A stretch of DNA of 58,930 bases, filler included, from 5 parts of 5 records of this genome joined end to end with filler, not necessarily neighbours in it; one strand, 5' to 3'; shown: positions 28,323-39,524, counted from the whole stretch's first letter. A program made the numbers and translations. The notes: generated by a model from the sequence alone, not told the origin.

Positions 28323-29471
28323 TTATCTAAACTTTATATTTGATCTATTTAGCTCTTTAATATTTGTGCATCCCATTAACTTCATATCTCTTTCTAATTC
28401 GCTACGATACAAACCTAAGGCTCTTTCAACACCGGCTTGACCGGCAGAAGCAAGAGCATATAAATACATTCTTCCTCCAGAACAGGCTTTAGCACCAACT
28501 GATAGAGCTTTGAGGATATGAGTGCCTCTTTGAATTCCACCTTCACAAATAACATCAATCTTGTCACCCACAGCATCAACAATTTCAGCCAGTTGATCAA
28601 ATGGCGCCCTGGCTCCATCCAACTGACGTCCTCCATGATTAGAAACCATTATACCTGTACAACCAATGTCAACAGCTTTTTTGGCATCTTCTACACTCAT
28701 TATACCTTTTAGAGCAAAATGACCTCCCCATTTTGAACATAATTTTTCAGCATCTTTCCAATTCATTGACTGATCTAACATGGAAGAGAAATAAGAACCT
28801 ATAGAAGTAGCTGTATTAGTACCTTCACTTACATGGTCTTGTAGTTGAGGTAGTTCAAATTTTGGTTTTGTTAAATAATTAATTGCCCACATAGGTTTAG
28901 ACGCAAAACTAAAGAGACTAGACAAAGTTAATCTTGGAGGAGATGTAAACCCTGTTCTTAAATCTCTTTCACGATTACCACCAGTAATAGTGTCTACAGT
29001 TAAAGCTAAAACGTCAAATTTAGCTGCTTTAACTCTCTCAAGCATGCTATCATTAAGACCTCTATCTTTATGAAAGTAGAATTGAAACATTTTAGGTGTC
29101 GATACTATAGATGATATTTCTTCAACACTTACTGTTCCCAAAGAAGAAACACCAAACATAGTACCAAATTTCTGAGCTGCTTTTCCTACGGCTCTTTCAC
29201 CCTCATAATGAAATAATCTCTGAAGAGCTGTAGGTGCGCAGTAGAATGGTAAATCAAGTTTTTTTCCAAAAATAGTTGTTGATAAGTCAACATTTTCAAC
29301 ACCCCTTAAGACATTCGGGATTAAATCTGCATCGTTATAAGCTGCTGTATTTCTGTTATAAGTGACTTCATCATCTGCTGCCCCATCAATGTAATGAAAA
29401 ATAGGAGAAGGTAGGCGTTTTTTTGCTAGTTTTCTAAAATCTTGAAAATTATAGCAATCATTTAAATTCAT
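28323..29471 (-). CDS. lldD: FMN-dependent alpha-hydroxy-acid dehydrogenase (L-lactate dehydrogenase-like)
   Basis: YIDGAADDE, NRERDLR, LKGI, SNHGGRQLD. Confidence 0.85.
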   Translation of the reverse strand: MNLNDCYNFQDFRKLAKKRLPSPIFHYIDGAADDEVTYNRNTAAYNDADLIPNVLRGVENVDLSTTIFGKKLDLPFYCAPTALQRLFHYEGERAVGKAAQKFGTMFGVSSLGTVSVEEISSIVSTPKMFQFYFHKDRGLNDSMLERVKAAKFDVLALTVDTITGGNRERDLRTGFTSPPRLTLSSLFSFASKPMWAINYLTKPKFELPQLQDHVSEGTNTATSIGSYFSSMLDQSMNWKDAEKLCSKWGGHFALKGIMSVEDAKKAVDIGCTGIMVSNHGGRQLDGARAPFDQLAEIVDAVGDKIDVICEGGIQRGTHILKALSVGAKACSGGRMYLYALASAGQAGVERALGLYRSELERDMKLMGCTNIKELNRSNIKFR

Positions 29472-29599
29472 TTAATATCCTTTACATAGATTAGAGTAGT
29501 AAGTATTTTTAAAAGTAATAAATTTACTAAAACTGATGAAAATAAAAACATATAAGTTTTTTAGATTTTGTCTATTCAATTTTTATTTAAGGTAAACAA

Positions 29600-30775
29600 A
29601 TGACACAAATTAAAAAAGTTGAAATACATGAATTTACACATTCTGTAAAAAACCTAGGCTTATTGACTAATGCCAACACAATTGGCGCTGTAGGTTATGC
29701 AAAAGGTCAAATTACTAAAATGGATAAATATGCCATAGTTGTAGAAACTGATGATGGATGTAGAGGTGAATATGTTACACATTGGGGAGGTAATCAAGCT
29801 GCTTGTGCCCAATCAAAAATGCTAGCACCTAAATTATTAGAATATAATGCAGAGGAGAGAGAAAAAATCTATGATGATTTCAAAAGAGAATTAAGACAAT
29901 TTGATCATATGGGTCATGGCCCTCTAGATATAGCATTATGGGATTGGGCTGGAAAAAAATTAAATTGTTCTATTAGTATTTTACTTGGAAGCTATAGAAA
30001 GCGTCTTCCAGCTTACGCAAGTACATATCATGGTGATAGAAACGGCGGTTTAGATAGCAAAGAGGCTTTTGGTGATTTTGCTTTTCAATGTTTAGATATG
30101 GGTTATAAGGCGTTTAAAATACACGGGTGGCATGAAGGAAACGCAAAAGAAGAAGCTGAAAATGTACTTTACGTTGCAAAACATGTTGGAGATAAAATGA
30201 CCTTGATGCTTGACCCTGCCTGTCAATTAAGAACATTTGCAGATGCCCTTTATGTTGGAAGAGCATGTGACGATGCTAATTTTTTTTGGTTAGAAGACCC
30301 TTACAGAGATAGCGGTGTTTCAGCATTTTCTCATAAACGTCTCAGGGAGATGATAAAAACTCCAATATTACAAACTGAGCATATTAGAGGAATTGAGCCT
30401 AAGTGTGACTTTTTAATTGCCGGTGGAACTGACTTCTTAAGATCAGATCCAGAGTATGATATGGGAATAACTGGAGCAATGAAAATATCTCATTTAGGTG
30501 AAGCATTTGGAATTGATGTTGAAATTCATGCTTGTGGCCCAGCACATAGACATGTAATGGCAGCTACTAGAAATTCAAATTTCTATGAAGTTGCACTTGT
30601 TGGTCCTGATTGTCCCAACACAATGGCACCAGTTTATACATGTGGCTATACAGATATGATAGATTGCATTGAAAGCGACGGTTGTGTTCCTGTTCCAACC
30701 GGCATTGGATTAGGGGTTACTTATGATTGGGATTACATCACAGCAAACACAACAAATATAAGTATATATGAGTAA
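29600..30775 (+). CDS. Mandelate racemase/muconate lactonizing enzyme (enolase superfamily) protein
   Basis: DIALWD, PAYAS, FKIH, LMLD, WLEDP, TE metal ligands, GLG. Confidence 0.87.
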   Translation: MTQIKKVEIHEFTHSVKNLGLLTNANTIGAVGYAKGQITKMDKYAIVVETDDGCRGEYVTHWGGNQAACAQSKMLAPKLLEYNAEEREKIYDDFKRELRQFDHMGHGPLDIALWDWAGKKLNCSISILLGSYRKRLPAYASTYHGDRNGGLDSKEAFGDFAFQCLDMGYKAFKIHGWHEGNAKEEAENVLYVAKHVGDKMTLMLDPACQLRTFADALYVGRACDDANFFWLEDPYRDSGVSAFSHKRLREMIKTPILQTEHIRGIEPKCDFLIAGGTDFLRSDPEYDMGITGAMKISHLGEAFGIDVEIHACGPAHRHVMAATRNSNFYEVALVGPDCPNTMAPVYTCGYTDMIDCIESDGCVPVPTGIGLGVTYDWDYITANTTNISIYE

Positions 30776-30784
30776 ATAAATTAA

Positions 30785-31981
30785 ATGTCTGAAAATAAAA
30801 TTTTACTAATATTAGGAAATCAACTGTTTCCTATTGAACACATTAAAAAAACTAAAGTAAAATTAATTTTTATGGCAGAAGATTTTGGCTTAACAACTAA
30901 ACATAAACATCATAAATTAAAAATATTAATGTTTCTTTGGTCAATGCGTCAATATAGAGACAATTTAATTAAAAATGGATTTAACGTATATTACCATTCT
31001 ATTGAAGATGATGATTTTAAAGACGATTTTGAAAAAAAATTCCTTAAAGTTGTAAAAAAAGAAAGCATTAATATTGTTAAATATTTCGAAGTTGAAGACC
31101 ATTTTTTTGAGACACAATTAAATGATTTCATAAATAAAAATAATTTAAGTTTTGAAATTATTCAAAGCCCAATGTTTATCACATCAAGATTGGAATTTGA
31201 AAACTTCGCTTTAAGTCAAAAAAAAACTATAAGAATGGCTAGTTTTTATCAAAAAATTAGACAAAAACTCTGTATTCTTACTGATGAAAATAATAAACCT
31301 ATAGGAGGGAAATGGTCTTTTGATGAAGAAAATAGAAAAAAAATACCTAAAAACATTGAAATTCCATCTTTTCCAATTATTGAAAAAGACAATAAATTTA
31401 AATCATTAAAATCAAAAATAAACTCTACATTTCATGGACACCCAGGCTCTTTAGACTATTTATGGATGCCAACAAATAGAAAAGATTCTTTGGAATGGTT
31501 AGATCTTTTCCTAGAGAATAAATTTTCAAAATTTGGCGATTATGAAGATGCAATAAGATGTGAAAATAATTTTTTATTTCATAGTGCTTTAAGCCCAGTT
31601 CTTAATATGGGCTTATTAACTCCAGATGAAGTTGTAAATAAAGCTTTAGAGTTTTCCAAAACACATTCTATACCAATAAATTCTCTAGAAGGTTTCATTC
31701 GTCAAATTATAGGTTGGAGAGAGTTCATAAGAGGTGTCTATCATTATAAAGGGAATGAAGAAATTAAATCAAATTATTGGAAACATGATAGAAAGCTCAC
31801 TAATCATTGGTATGAAGGGACAACTGGTATAACTCCACTTGATGATGCTATAAAAGATTGTATAAAATTTGGATACACTCACCATATACCAAGACTTATG
31901 ATAATTTGTAATATTATGAACTTATCAAAAATCCATCCTAATGAAATTTATAAATGGTTCATGGAAATGTTTGTAGATTCT
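30785..31981 (+). CDS. Cryptochrome/photolyase-related protein (FeS-BCP / PhrB-like), partial
   Basis: ILGNQL, HHKLKI..SMR, GGKWSFDEENRK, FGDYEDA, RQIIGWREF, HHIPRLM. Confidence 0.88.
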
Positions 31982-32081
31982 NNNNNNNNNNNNNNNNNNN
32001 NNNNNNNNNNNNNNNNNNNNNNNNNTTAATTAATTAANNNNNNNNNNNNNNNNNNNNNNNNNNNNNNNNNNNNNNNNNNNN
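31982..32081. other. Artificial contig linker
   Basis: N44-TTAATTAATTAA-N44. Confidence 0.97.
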
Positions 32082-32136
32082 GGCAATTAAAGATTATTTA
32101 AATATTAAATATACTCACCTTGGTTTAAAGGGTTAA
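32082..32136 (+). CDS. C-terminal fragment of a probable aldehyde dehydrogenase
   Basis: AIKDYLNIKYTHLGLKG* resembles the GabD-type C-terminus. Confidence 0.45.
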
Positions 32137-32139
32137 AAA

Positions 32140-32991
32140 ATGAAAGTTGGAATTGTTGGTACTGGGTTAATGGGTTACCCCATGGCAATAAATATTGCTA
32201 AAAAATTTGATTTAAAGTCATTCAATAGAACTTTTGAAAAAATGAAAGGTCTAGATGAGCATAAAATAATTTTATGCAAATCAATCAATGAGCTTTGCGC
32301 AGATACAAATGTAATTATCTGTATGTTACCAGGGGATCAGGAAGTTTTAGAAATTGTTAATCAATTAAAGGAAAATATTGAGACTGGCGCAATAGTCGTA
32401 GATATGAGCTCTACAAAAGTATCAACCGCAAACCAATGTTATAAAATTTTAAAAGAAGTAGATGCCAGTTTTATAGATTCCCCTGTTTCAGGTGGTCCAG
32501 AAGGAGCCAAGGGAGGTACTCTCGCAATTATGGCCGGCGGTGATGAAAAGGTTTATTTAAATGTAAAAGAAGTTCTTGAGACCATGGGAAATTCAACGTT
32601 AGTTGGTCCAAATGGAAGTGGCCAAGTTGCAAAACTGTGTAATCAAATAATTGTTGGAGTAACAATTGGTGCAGTAGCTGAGGCTATAATATTATGCGAA
32701 AAGAATGGTGCAGATCCAAAAAAATTTATTAAAGCTGTAAAAGGGGGGTTTGCAGATGGTAAAATTTTACAAAATCATGGTCAACGAATGATTGATAAAG
32801 ATTTTGTAGCTCGGGGAAAAAATATTACTCATTTAAAGGATATGAATAATATTATTGAGTGTGCAGATGAAAAAGGTACAAAACTTCCACTTTCTCAACT
32901 AGTTCAAAATATGTTCAAAAACCTTTGTAAATCTGGATTTGAAAACGATGACCATTGTTCTTTGTATAAAGAAATCTTAAACAAAAAATAA
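32140..32991 (+). CDS. Beta-hydroxyacid dehydrogenase (tartronate semialdehyde reductase / 3-hydroxyisobutyrate dehydrogenase family)
   Basis: GTGLMGYPMA, DSPVSGG, GQVAKLCNQ. Confidence 0.88.
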   Translation: MKVGIVGTGLMGYPMAINIAKKFDLKSFNRTFEKMKGLDEHKIILCKSINELCADTNVIICMLPGDQEVLEIVNQLKENIETGAIVVDMSSTKVSTANQCYKILKEVDASFIDSPVSGGPEGAKGGTLAIMAGGDEKVYLNVKEVLETMGNSTLVGPNGSGQVAKLCNQIIVGVTIGAVAEAIILCEKNGADPKKFIKAVKGGFADGKILQNHGQRMIDKDFVARGKNITHLKDMNNIIECADEKGTKLPLSQLVQNMFKNLCKSGFENDDHCSLYKEILNKK

Positions 32992-32999
32992 AAAGTTAG

Positions 33000-33075
33000 T
33001 GGTGCCCACAACCAGAATTGAACTGATGACCCCGTCCTTACCATGGACGTGCTCTACCAACTGAGCTATGTGGGC
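33000..33075 (-). tRNA. tRNA-Thr(GGT)
   Basis: Reverse complement is a 76-nt cloverleaf GCCCACA...TGTGGGC-ACCA; anticodon arm CGTCC-ATGGTAA-GGACG. Confidence 0.95.
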
Positions 33076-33188
33076 ATAATACAAGATTGTTCATAGATTA
33101 AATTATCAATTCTTCAAATGTTTTTCTTGTCAAACAAAAGACTTTTTTTGATCAAAAATTAAACTCCTTTAAAAATTAATATTTTATT

Positions 33189-33398
33189 ATGATAAAATTT
33201 AATAATTTAGTGATTCTTTTGGCTTTCATTTTAGTGGCTAATTGCTCACAGCACTCAGTAAAATTTGGAAAAAAATGCACTCAACTTGCTAAAGATGGAA
33301 CATATGAAAAATCATATATATGGATAGTAAATAATAGTGCAAATCCAGATTTTGATAAAAAAATAACAAAACAGAACTGTGTTTCTGCAGAAAGTTAA
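33189..33398 (+). CDS. Small putative lipoprotein
   Basis: Hydrophobic N-terminus with VANC, two further Cys. Confidence 0.65.
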   Translation: MIKFNNLVILLAFILVANCSQHSVKFGKKCTQLAKDGTYEKSYIWIVNNSANPDFDKKITKQNCVSAES

Positions 33399-33431
33399 GA
33401 AAATTACTATTCTTTTATGATATCCAATTTC

Positions 33432-33460
33432 TTGACAAAATCTTCGGATATCTATTTAAA
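33432..33460 (+). promoter_or_regulatory. Sigma70 promoter candidate for cspA
   Basis: Perfect TTGACA at 33432 with AT-rich -10 region; short hairpin AGTACC/GGTGCT in the 5' UTR. Confidence 0.45.
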
Positions 33461-33507
33461 GTGGCCAGTACCGCAGTTGGTGCTACAATTAAAAGAAGAA
33501 AGTAAGC

Positions 33508-33714
33508 ATGAGTATAAAAGGAAAAGTAAAATGGTTTAATGGAACCAAAGGTTATGGTTTTATTGAACGTGAGGACAAAGAGAAAGATGTCTTTGTTCAT
33601 ATGTCTGCAGTAAAAGATTCAGGAGTAGGTTATCTAGATGAAGGTGATTCTTTGACTTTTGAAATCGAAGAAGGAAAAAAAGGACCTTCAGCAGTTAATC
33701 TAAAAAAAGAATAG
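33508..33714 (+). CDS. cspA: Cold-shock protein
   Basis: GKVKWFN, KGYGFI, DVFVH. Confidence 0.95.
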   Translation: MSIKGKVKWFNGTKGYGFIEREDKEKDVFVHMSAVKDSGVGYLDEGDSLTFEIEEGKKGPSAVNLKKE

Positions 33715-33742
33715 ATTAAAATTTAACGTAGGAGGCTCGATC

Positions 33743-33940
33743 ATGGGTATACATTATGATTACAAATCCAAAAGAGGAGAAAGGGCTATGCTTAAAGAAG
33801 CTAAAAGAAAAGAACGCTTAGCTTTGAAGCGTGCCAAAAGAGCCTCCTCGTCAGATATTGAAGAAAAAAGTGAACAGGTTGAAATGCATGATATTAACAA
33901 ACCCATCACTTTGGACGATTTAACAAATCCTAATAAATAG
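33743..33940 (+). CDS. Small basic hypothetical protein
   Basis: AGGAGG RBS; MGIHYDYKSKRG..., 65 aa. Confidence 0.7.
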   Translation: MGIHYDYKSKRGERAMLKEAKRKERLALKRAKRASSSDIEEKSEQVEMHDINKPITLDDLTNPNK

Positions 33941-33943
33941 CTA

Positions 33944-34054
33944 ATGTCATTATTGTCCAAAAAGGATGATAAAAAGCAAAAGCTTGCTAATGCTTTAAAA
34001 GAAAATTTAAAAAAAAGAAAAGAATTTAAAAAAAAATTAGAAAAAAATAATTAA
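33944..34054 (+). CDS. 36-aa basic protein of the type found upstream of dcd/murA in Alphaproteobacteria (missed by ORF track)
   Basis: [36 protein letters not shown]; stop overlaps the dcd ATG (TAATG). Confidence 0.65.
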   Translation: MSLLSKKDDKKQKLANALKENLKKRKEFKKKLEKNN

Positions 34055-34608
34055 TGAGTGTTCTTTCAGACAAATGGATTCGTAAAATGTCACTCGAAAA
34101 GGATATGATAAGCCCATTTGTTGAAAAACAACAAAGGTCAAATAATATATCTTATGGCTTATCATCTTTTGGATATGACGCTAGAGTTTCCAATGAATTT
34201 AAAATTTTTACAAATGTTAACTCTTCCATAGTTGATCCCAAAAATTTTTCTGATGAAAGTTTAGTCACTAAAACAGAAGATGTCTGTATAATACCACCAA
34301 ATTCTTTCGCTTTAGCTTCTACCGTAGAGTATTTTAAAATTCCAAGAGATACTTTAGTTATATGTTTAGGTAAAAGTACTTATGCAAGATGTGGAATTAT
34401 TGTAAACGTGACACCTTTAGAGCCTGAATGGGAAGGGCATGTGACTTTAGAATTTTCTAATACGACACCACTACCTGCAAAAATTTATGCAAATGAAGGG
34501 GCATGTCAGTTTATATTTTTAAAAGGAAATGAATCGCCCGAGACTTCATATGCTGATCGAAATGGAAAGTACATGAAGCAAAGAGGTGTTACGCTACCAA
34601 AAATATAA
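34054..34608 (+). CDS. dcd: dCTP deaminase
   Basis: [29 protein letters not shown]. Confidence 0.95.
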   Translation: MSVLSDKWIRKMSLEKDMISPFVEKQQRSNNISYGLSSFGYDARVSNEFKIFTNVNSSIVDPKNFSDESLVTKTEDVCIIPPNSFALASTVEYFKIPRDTLVICLGKSTYARCGIIVNVTPLEPEWEGHVTLEFSNTTPLPAKIYANEGACQFIFLKGNESPETSYADRNGKYMKQRGVTLPKI

Positions 34609-34617
34609 TTATAATTT

Positions 34618-35874
34618 ATGAAAAAAATTATTATTAAAGGTGGAGCAAAGCTTCACGGGTCCATTAATATTTCAGGTTCAAAAAATGCCTGCCTGCCAAT
34701 TTTAGCTGCTACACTTTTAATTGAAGAAAAGGTTACCTTACATAACGTCCCGCTAGTTAGAGATATATTAACCATGGTGAGCCTTTTGGAATCTCTTGGT
34801 AAATCTATCAAAATAAAAAAAAATATACTTGAAATAAAATCTCAGAAGAAAAAAAATTTTTTTGCTAAATATGATTTAGTGAAAACTATGAGAGCAGGAA
34901 TTTTAGTAATAGGTCCTTTGCTAGCAAAATTAAATAAAGCAAAAGTTTCCTTACCTGGTGGGTGCGCTATTGGTGCAAGACCCGTTGATATTCACTTAGA
35001 TTTTTTATCTAAAAAAGGATACCAGAATAAAATAATTAATGGCTATGTAGTATCTAAAAAGAAAAAATTAAGGAAACAACTTTCATATTTATTTAAAAAA
35101 ATATCAGTAGGGGCGACTGAAACTGCAATTCTAAATAGCTGTTTATCTAACAGTGAGGTGAGATTAAAAAATATTGCTATTGAACCAGAGGTTTTTGATT
35201 TAATTAATTTTTTAATTTCTGCTGGTGCAAATATAAAATCAACATCAAAGAGGACGTTATTAATAAAAGGGGTTAATAACCTACAAGGAACAGAATATAA
35301 TATTATGCCAGATAGAATAGAGGCTGGCACTTATATGATTGCATCTATAATCACTAAATCAAAAATTATTCTTAATAATATATTTCCTGATCATATTAAA
35401 AATATAATCAAAGTTTTAAAAAATGGCGGTATAAAATTTAAATTTATTTCTGATAGTAGTTTGAAAATTTTTCCCAATAAACCTAAACCACTGAAAATTA
35501 AAACAGTTCCATATCCGGGATTTCCAACAGATATGCAAGCTCAATTGATGAGTCTTTTAACTTTAACCAAAGGTTCATCTGAGATAACTGAAGACATTTT
35601 TGAAAATAGATTCTTACACGTTCTTGAGTTGCAAAGAATGGGAGCAACAATTGAAATTAAGAATAACAAAGCAAAAATTACAGGCGTGGAAAGTTTATCT
35701 GGTGCCGAGGTCATGGCAACCGATCTAAGAGCATCAGTTTGTTTGGTTTTAGCTGGCTTGGTTGCAAAAGGTGAAACTGTAATTAACAGAATTTATCATT
35801 TAGAAAGAGGTTACGAAAATTTAGTTGGTAAATTAAAAAAGTGTGGAGCAAAAATTAAAATAATAGATGCTTGA
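34618..35874 (+). CDS. murA: UDP-N-acetylglucosamine 1-carboxyvinyltransferase
   Basis: SGSKNA, LPGGCAIGARPVD, PDRIEAGT, PGFPTDMQ. Confidence 0.95.
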   Translation: MKKIIIKGGAKLHGSINISGSKNACLPILAATLLIEEKVTLHNVPLVRDILTMVSLLESLGKSIKIKKNILEIKSQKKKNFFAKYDLVKTMRAGILVIGPLLAKLNKAKVSLPGGCAIGARPVDIHLDFLSKKGYQNKIINGYVVSKKKKLRKQLSYLFKKISVGATETAILNSCLSNSEVRLKNIAIEPEVFDLINFLISAGANIKSTSKRTLLIKGVNNLQGTEYNIMPDRIEAGTYMIASIITKSKIILNNIFPDHIKNIIKVLKNGGIKFKFISDSSLKIFPNKPKPLKIKTVPYPGFPTDMQAQLMSLLTLTKGSSEITEDIFENRFLHVLELQRMGATIEIKNNKAKITGVESLSGAEVMATDLRASVCLVLAGLVAKGETVINRIYHLERGYENLVGKLKKCGAKIKIIDA

Positions 35875-36313
35875 TAATCTAGGAAATTTAAAACTTAAGG
35901 CAAATGATGAAAATGATCTAAAGGTATTTGCTGCTTATTTGCAAGACGCTTTAATTGTTCCAGGGGACATTAAATATTTAGAAAAGAATAAATCATTAAT
36001 ATGTATTTTTAATAGATTTATGTGGGAAGATGCCGAAAAAGGTATTTTTAGAGATAATAAGAGGATTAGGTCTGCACTTAAACTTAACGATGTTACAGCT
36101 GTAAAGTCAAAAAATATTAACCCCAAAGAAAGTAAAAAAGTATTAGAGTTTTTAACTATTAATAGTGCAAAAAAAATAGATGAAAATATTGATATTAATC
36201 TTTTATTTTCAGATAATATTACTATATCTGTTAAGGCAGAGACAATAAATGCAACTTTGGAAGATTTTTCTGATAGTTGGACAACAAAGATAAAGCCAGT
36301 ACATAAATTTTAA
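35867..36313 (+). CDS. DUF2948 family protein
   Basis: DLKVFAAYLQDA, NRFMWE; position between murA and hisD. Confidence 0.85.
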   Translation: MLDNLGNLKLKANDENDLKVFAAYLQDALIVPGDIKYLEKNKSLICIFNRFMWEDAEKGIFRDNKRIRSALKLNDVTAVKSKNINPKESKKVLEFLTINSAKKIDENIDINLLFSDNITISVKAETINATLEDFSDSWTTKIKPVHKF

Positions 36314-37602
36314 TGAAATTATTAAATACCAAAAAAAATTCATTTGAAAAATCGTTTAATTTGATTCTAAATTCAAAAAGAAGTCAGGCAAAAGACAACA
36401 TTAAAATAGTACAAAAAATTATTAATAATGTGAGAAAATTGGGTGATAAATCATTAATTCAATATACTGCTAAATTTGATAAAATTAATTTAAGACCAGT
36501 TCAAATCAAATTAGATAAAAAATTAATCAATAATGAAATTAAAAGCTTAGATAAGTCTATTAAAAAATCAATTGATGTTGCCTTTGATAGAATAACAAAA
36601 TTTCATCAAAAACAAATTATCAAAGGTTTTAGATTTAAAGATAAATTTGGTAATCAACTGGGGTATAAAATTACACCCATGAATAAGGTTGGTGTTTACG
36701 TTCCTGGAGGAACTGCAAGTTATCCAAGTACACTTTTGATGAACTCAATACCTGCGATGGTAGCTGGTGTAAAAAACATTTATTGTGTGATGCCGACACC
36801 TGGTGGAAAGATAAATGCAGGTGTATTATATGCTGCTAAAAAGTGTAAAATAAAATCAATATTTAGAGTTGGCGGCGCACAAGCTGTGGCAGCACTCACT
36901 TATGGTACAAAAAGTATTCCAAAAGTTGATAAAATTGTAGGGCCAGGGAATATATTTGTAGCCACTGCTAAAAAAGAAGTCTTTGGAACCGTTGGTATTG
37001 ATATGGTTGCAGGACCTTCAGAAATTACTGTTATTGCAGATAATAATAATAGAGCTGATTGGACGGCTATAGATTTATTATCCCAAGCTGAACATGATGT
37101 TTTATCTCAATCTATTTTATTAACTACAAGTGAAATATTTGCAAATAAAGTTATAAAAGAAATTAAACAAATCTTAAAGACTTTGCCAAGAAAAAATATT
37201 GCTTCCAAGAGTATTAAGAACTTTGGATGTGTTATTGTTTGTAAAAATGAAAATGAACTAATAAATTTTGCAAATATTATTGCCCCTGAACATCTCGAGA
37301 TAAAAGTTAAGAGTGCTGAGAAACTTGAAAAAAAAATTATCAATGCTGGCTCTATATTTTTAGGAGAATATAGCCCTGAAGCAATTGGTGATTATTTAGC
37401 CGGACCTAATCATGTACTTCCTACATCTGGATCTGCAAGATTTGCGTCAGGTTTATCAGTAAATGATTTTGTGAAAAGGACATCGCTCATTAAGTGTAGC
37501 AAAAGAGGTATTGAAAAGATTGGGCAAATGGCTATAAATCTTGCAAATTATGAGGGACTACAAGCTCATGCAATGTCAGTTAAAAAAAGGATTAAAATAT
37601 AG
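36313..37602 (+). CDS. hisD: Histidinol dehydrogenase
   Basis: [34 protein letters not shown]. Confidence 0.95.
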   Translation: MKLLNTKKNSFEKSFNLILNSKRSQAKDNIKIVQKIINNVRKLGDKSLIQYTAKFDKINLRPVQIKLDKKLINNEIKSLDKSIKKSIDVAFDRITKFHQKQIIKGFRFKDKFGNQLGYKITPMNKVGVYVPGGTASYPSTLLMNSIPAMVAGVKNIYCVMPTPGGKINAGVLYAAKKCKIKSIFRVGGAQAVAALTYGTKSIPKVDKIVGPGNIFVATAKKEVFGTVGIDMVAGPSEITVIADNNNRADWTAIDLLSQAEHDVLSQSILLTTSEIFANKVIKEIKQILKTLPRKNIASKSIKNFGCVIVCKNENELINFANIIAPEHLEIKVKSAEKLEKKIINAGSIFLGEYSPEAIGDYLAGPNHVLPTSGSARFASGLSVNDFVKRTSLIKCSKRGIEKIGQMAINLANYEGLQAHAMSVKKRIKI

Positions 37603-37820
37603 TGGCTAAAGAAGAGATGATTGAATTTAAAGGTAAGGTGTCAGAGCTGTTACCGAACGCTACCTTTAGAGTAAAATTAGAAAATGGTCATGAAATTTTA
37701 GCTCACAGCTCAGGAAAACTAAGAAAAAATAGAATTCGTGTATTAACTGGTGATACAGTTTTAGTTGAAGTTACTCCTTATGATTTAACAAAAGGCAGAA
37801 TAACTTTTAGACTTAAATAA
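37602..37820 (+). CDS. infA: Translation initiation factor IF-1
   Basis: [23 protein letters not shown]. Confidence 0.96.
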   Translation: MAKEEMIEFKGKVSELLPNATFRVKLENGHEILAHSSGKLRKNRIRVLTGDTVLVEVTPYDLTKGRITFRLK

Positions 37821-37830
37821 AAAAGTCTAA

Positions 37831-38400
37831 ATGCCAAAATTAATTTTAGCAAGCGCATCTCCACGTAGATTAGATCTTCTTAAAAGTATAAATATCAAAC
37901 CAGATATAATATTTCCGGCTAATATTGATGAAAGTATTAAAAAAAAAGAAAAACCTAATTTTTATTTAAAAAGAATATCTTTTGAAAAAGCATTATATGC
38001 TCAAGATAAATATAAAGATGATATAATTTTATCTGCAGATACAATTGTAACAACTAATCACGAAATATTTGGAAAACCGTCTAACGAAAAAGAGGCTGCA
38101 AAGACTCTTAAATACTTATCTGGTAGAAATCATAAAGTTAAAACAGGTGTTTGCATATTATTTAAAAAGTTAAAAAAAATTAAAATAATAGATACTAAGA
38201 TTAAATTTAAAAAACTACATCATGACGAAATTGATGAGTATATCCAAACTCAAGAATGGGTAGATAAAGCTGGTGCATACGCAATACAAGGGTTTGCAGA
38301 AAGATTCATAATAAAAATAACAGGATCTTATTCCAATGTAGTTGGATTGCCGCTATATGAAACAGCGAATATACTAAAAGGTATTAAGAATTTTAATTGA
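37831..38400 (+). CDS. maf: Maf family nucleoside triphosphate pyrophosphatase
   Basis: ILASASPRR, ADT, KAGAYAIQG, NVVGLP. Confidence 0.93.
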   Translation: MPKLILASASPRRLDLLKSINIKPDIIFPANIDESIKKKEKPNFYLKRISFEKALYAQDKYKDDIILSADTIVTTNHEIFGKPSNEKEAAKTLKYLSGRNHKVKTGVCILFKKLKKIKIIDTKIKFKKLHHDEIDEYIQTQEWVDKAGAYAIQGFAERFIIKITGSYSNVVGLPLYETANILKGIKNFN

Positions 38401-38435
38401 TTATTTAATAAATTTATGAAAAAAGCTTCCCTGTT

Positions 38436-38483
38436 GGTCTCGTAGCTCAGTTGGTAGAGCAGAGCCCTGAAAAGGCTTGTGTC
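38436..38483 (+). tRNA. tRNA-Phe(GAA), 3'-truncated
   Basis: GGTCTCG-TA-GCTCAGTTGGTAGAGC; anticodon arm GAGCC-CTGAAAA-GGCTT. Confidence 0.88.
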
Positions 38484-38583
38484 NNNNNNNNNNNNNNNNN
38501 NNNNNNNNNNNNNNNNNNNNNNNNNNNTTAATTAATTAANNNNNNNNNNNNNNNNNNNNNNNNNNNNNNNNNNNNNNNNNNNN
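38484..38583. other. Artificial contig linker
   Basis: N44-TTAATTAATTAA-N44. Confidence 0.97.
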
Positions 38584-38725
38584 ATAGTAATTTTTAATTG
38601 GTACTACCCTACTTAAATAATATCGGTTTTCTTTTGATGGGAGGTGTATGTATAGTAATGTGTAATACTAAACCTTAATGTGTCTTAAAAGAAGAAATAA
38701 TATTTTTCATTTATTTTTTTTAATC

Positions 38726-39499
38726 TCAGTTAGACTTAAGTATCAGTTTTCTCAACCCAACAAACACAAATATAAAAACAGAGTAAATTATAAAAAATGG
38801 TATCACAAATTCATGTAATTTAAAAACTAACATAAATGCCATAATTAGTAATTGAAAACCAAGCCCATAAATAGACACTAAAGTCATAAACCATTTTGGA
38901 AACGGAGGGGTATATCTAGCATTTCTGTCCATGTAAAACATGACCTTATCAAAAGATATATATAAAGTATCATAAATTTTATAAAAAATATTTACCATAT
39001 TCTGACTCTCACCCTCAAAAGCTTTAGGAGCACAATCTTCAATTATTCGACTTGTAGAATCTCCATTAACAGAATGTCTTAAAATAACGTAATAGTAATT
39101 AAATACTGTCCCTTGCATTTGAATTCCAATAAAAGCTAATAGCATTAGAAATATGGAAGACTGAGATAAATAACAGAAAGTTGACAAAAAACAAAAATTA
39201 AGTAAAAAATCAGCAATTGAATCATAATACCGACCGACATAAGAAGGTGTGTTTTTTAACCTTGAAAGTTCACCATCAGCAGCATCCAAAATAGATTTTA
39301 AAATAATAAAAAAAGCAGCTGTCACATAATATTCAATTATCATAAATCCAACAGATAATAAACCTGTTATAACAAACATAGTTGTGACATGAATAGGCGT
39401 AACAGTTGTGTTTTGAAAACGTTTTGCAATCCAATGACCAGCTGGTCTTCCATAATCTGATAAATCTAAAAATTGAAATTCTTTAGGAAGTTTTGCCAT
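38726..39499 (-). CDS. CDP-alcohol phosphatidyltransferase family protein
   Basis: DAADGELSR..VGRYYDSIAD signature. Confidence 0.87.
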   Translation of the reverse strand: MAKLPKEFQFLDLSDYGRPAGHWIAKRFQNTTVTPIHVTTMFVITGLLSVGFMIIEYYVTAAFFIILKSILDAADGELSRLKNTPSYVGRYYDSIADFLLNFCFLSTFCYLSQSSIFLMLLAFIGIQMQGTVFNYYYVILRHSVNGDSTSRIIEDCAPKAFEGESQNMVNIFYKIYDTLYISFDKVMFYMDRNARYTPPFPKWFMTLVSIYGLGFQLLIMAFMLVFKLHEFVIPFFIIYSVFIFVFVGLRKLILKSN

Positions 39500-39524
39500 T
39501 ACATAAATCTCTTAAAAAGTTGGT

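Noticed and set aside
38584-38725. Possible gene fragment at the start of contig D
   Set aside because: No convincing open frame or motif on either strand by manual translation
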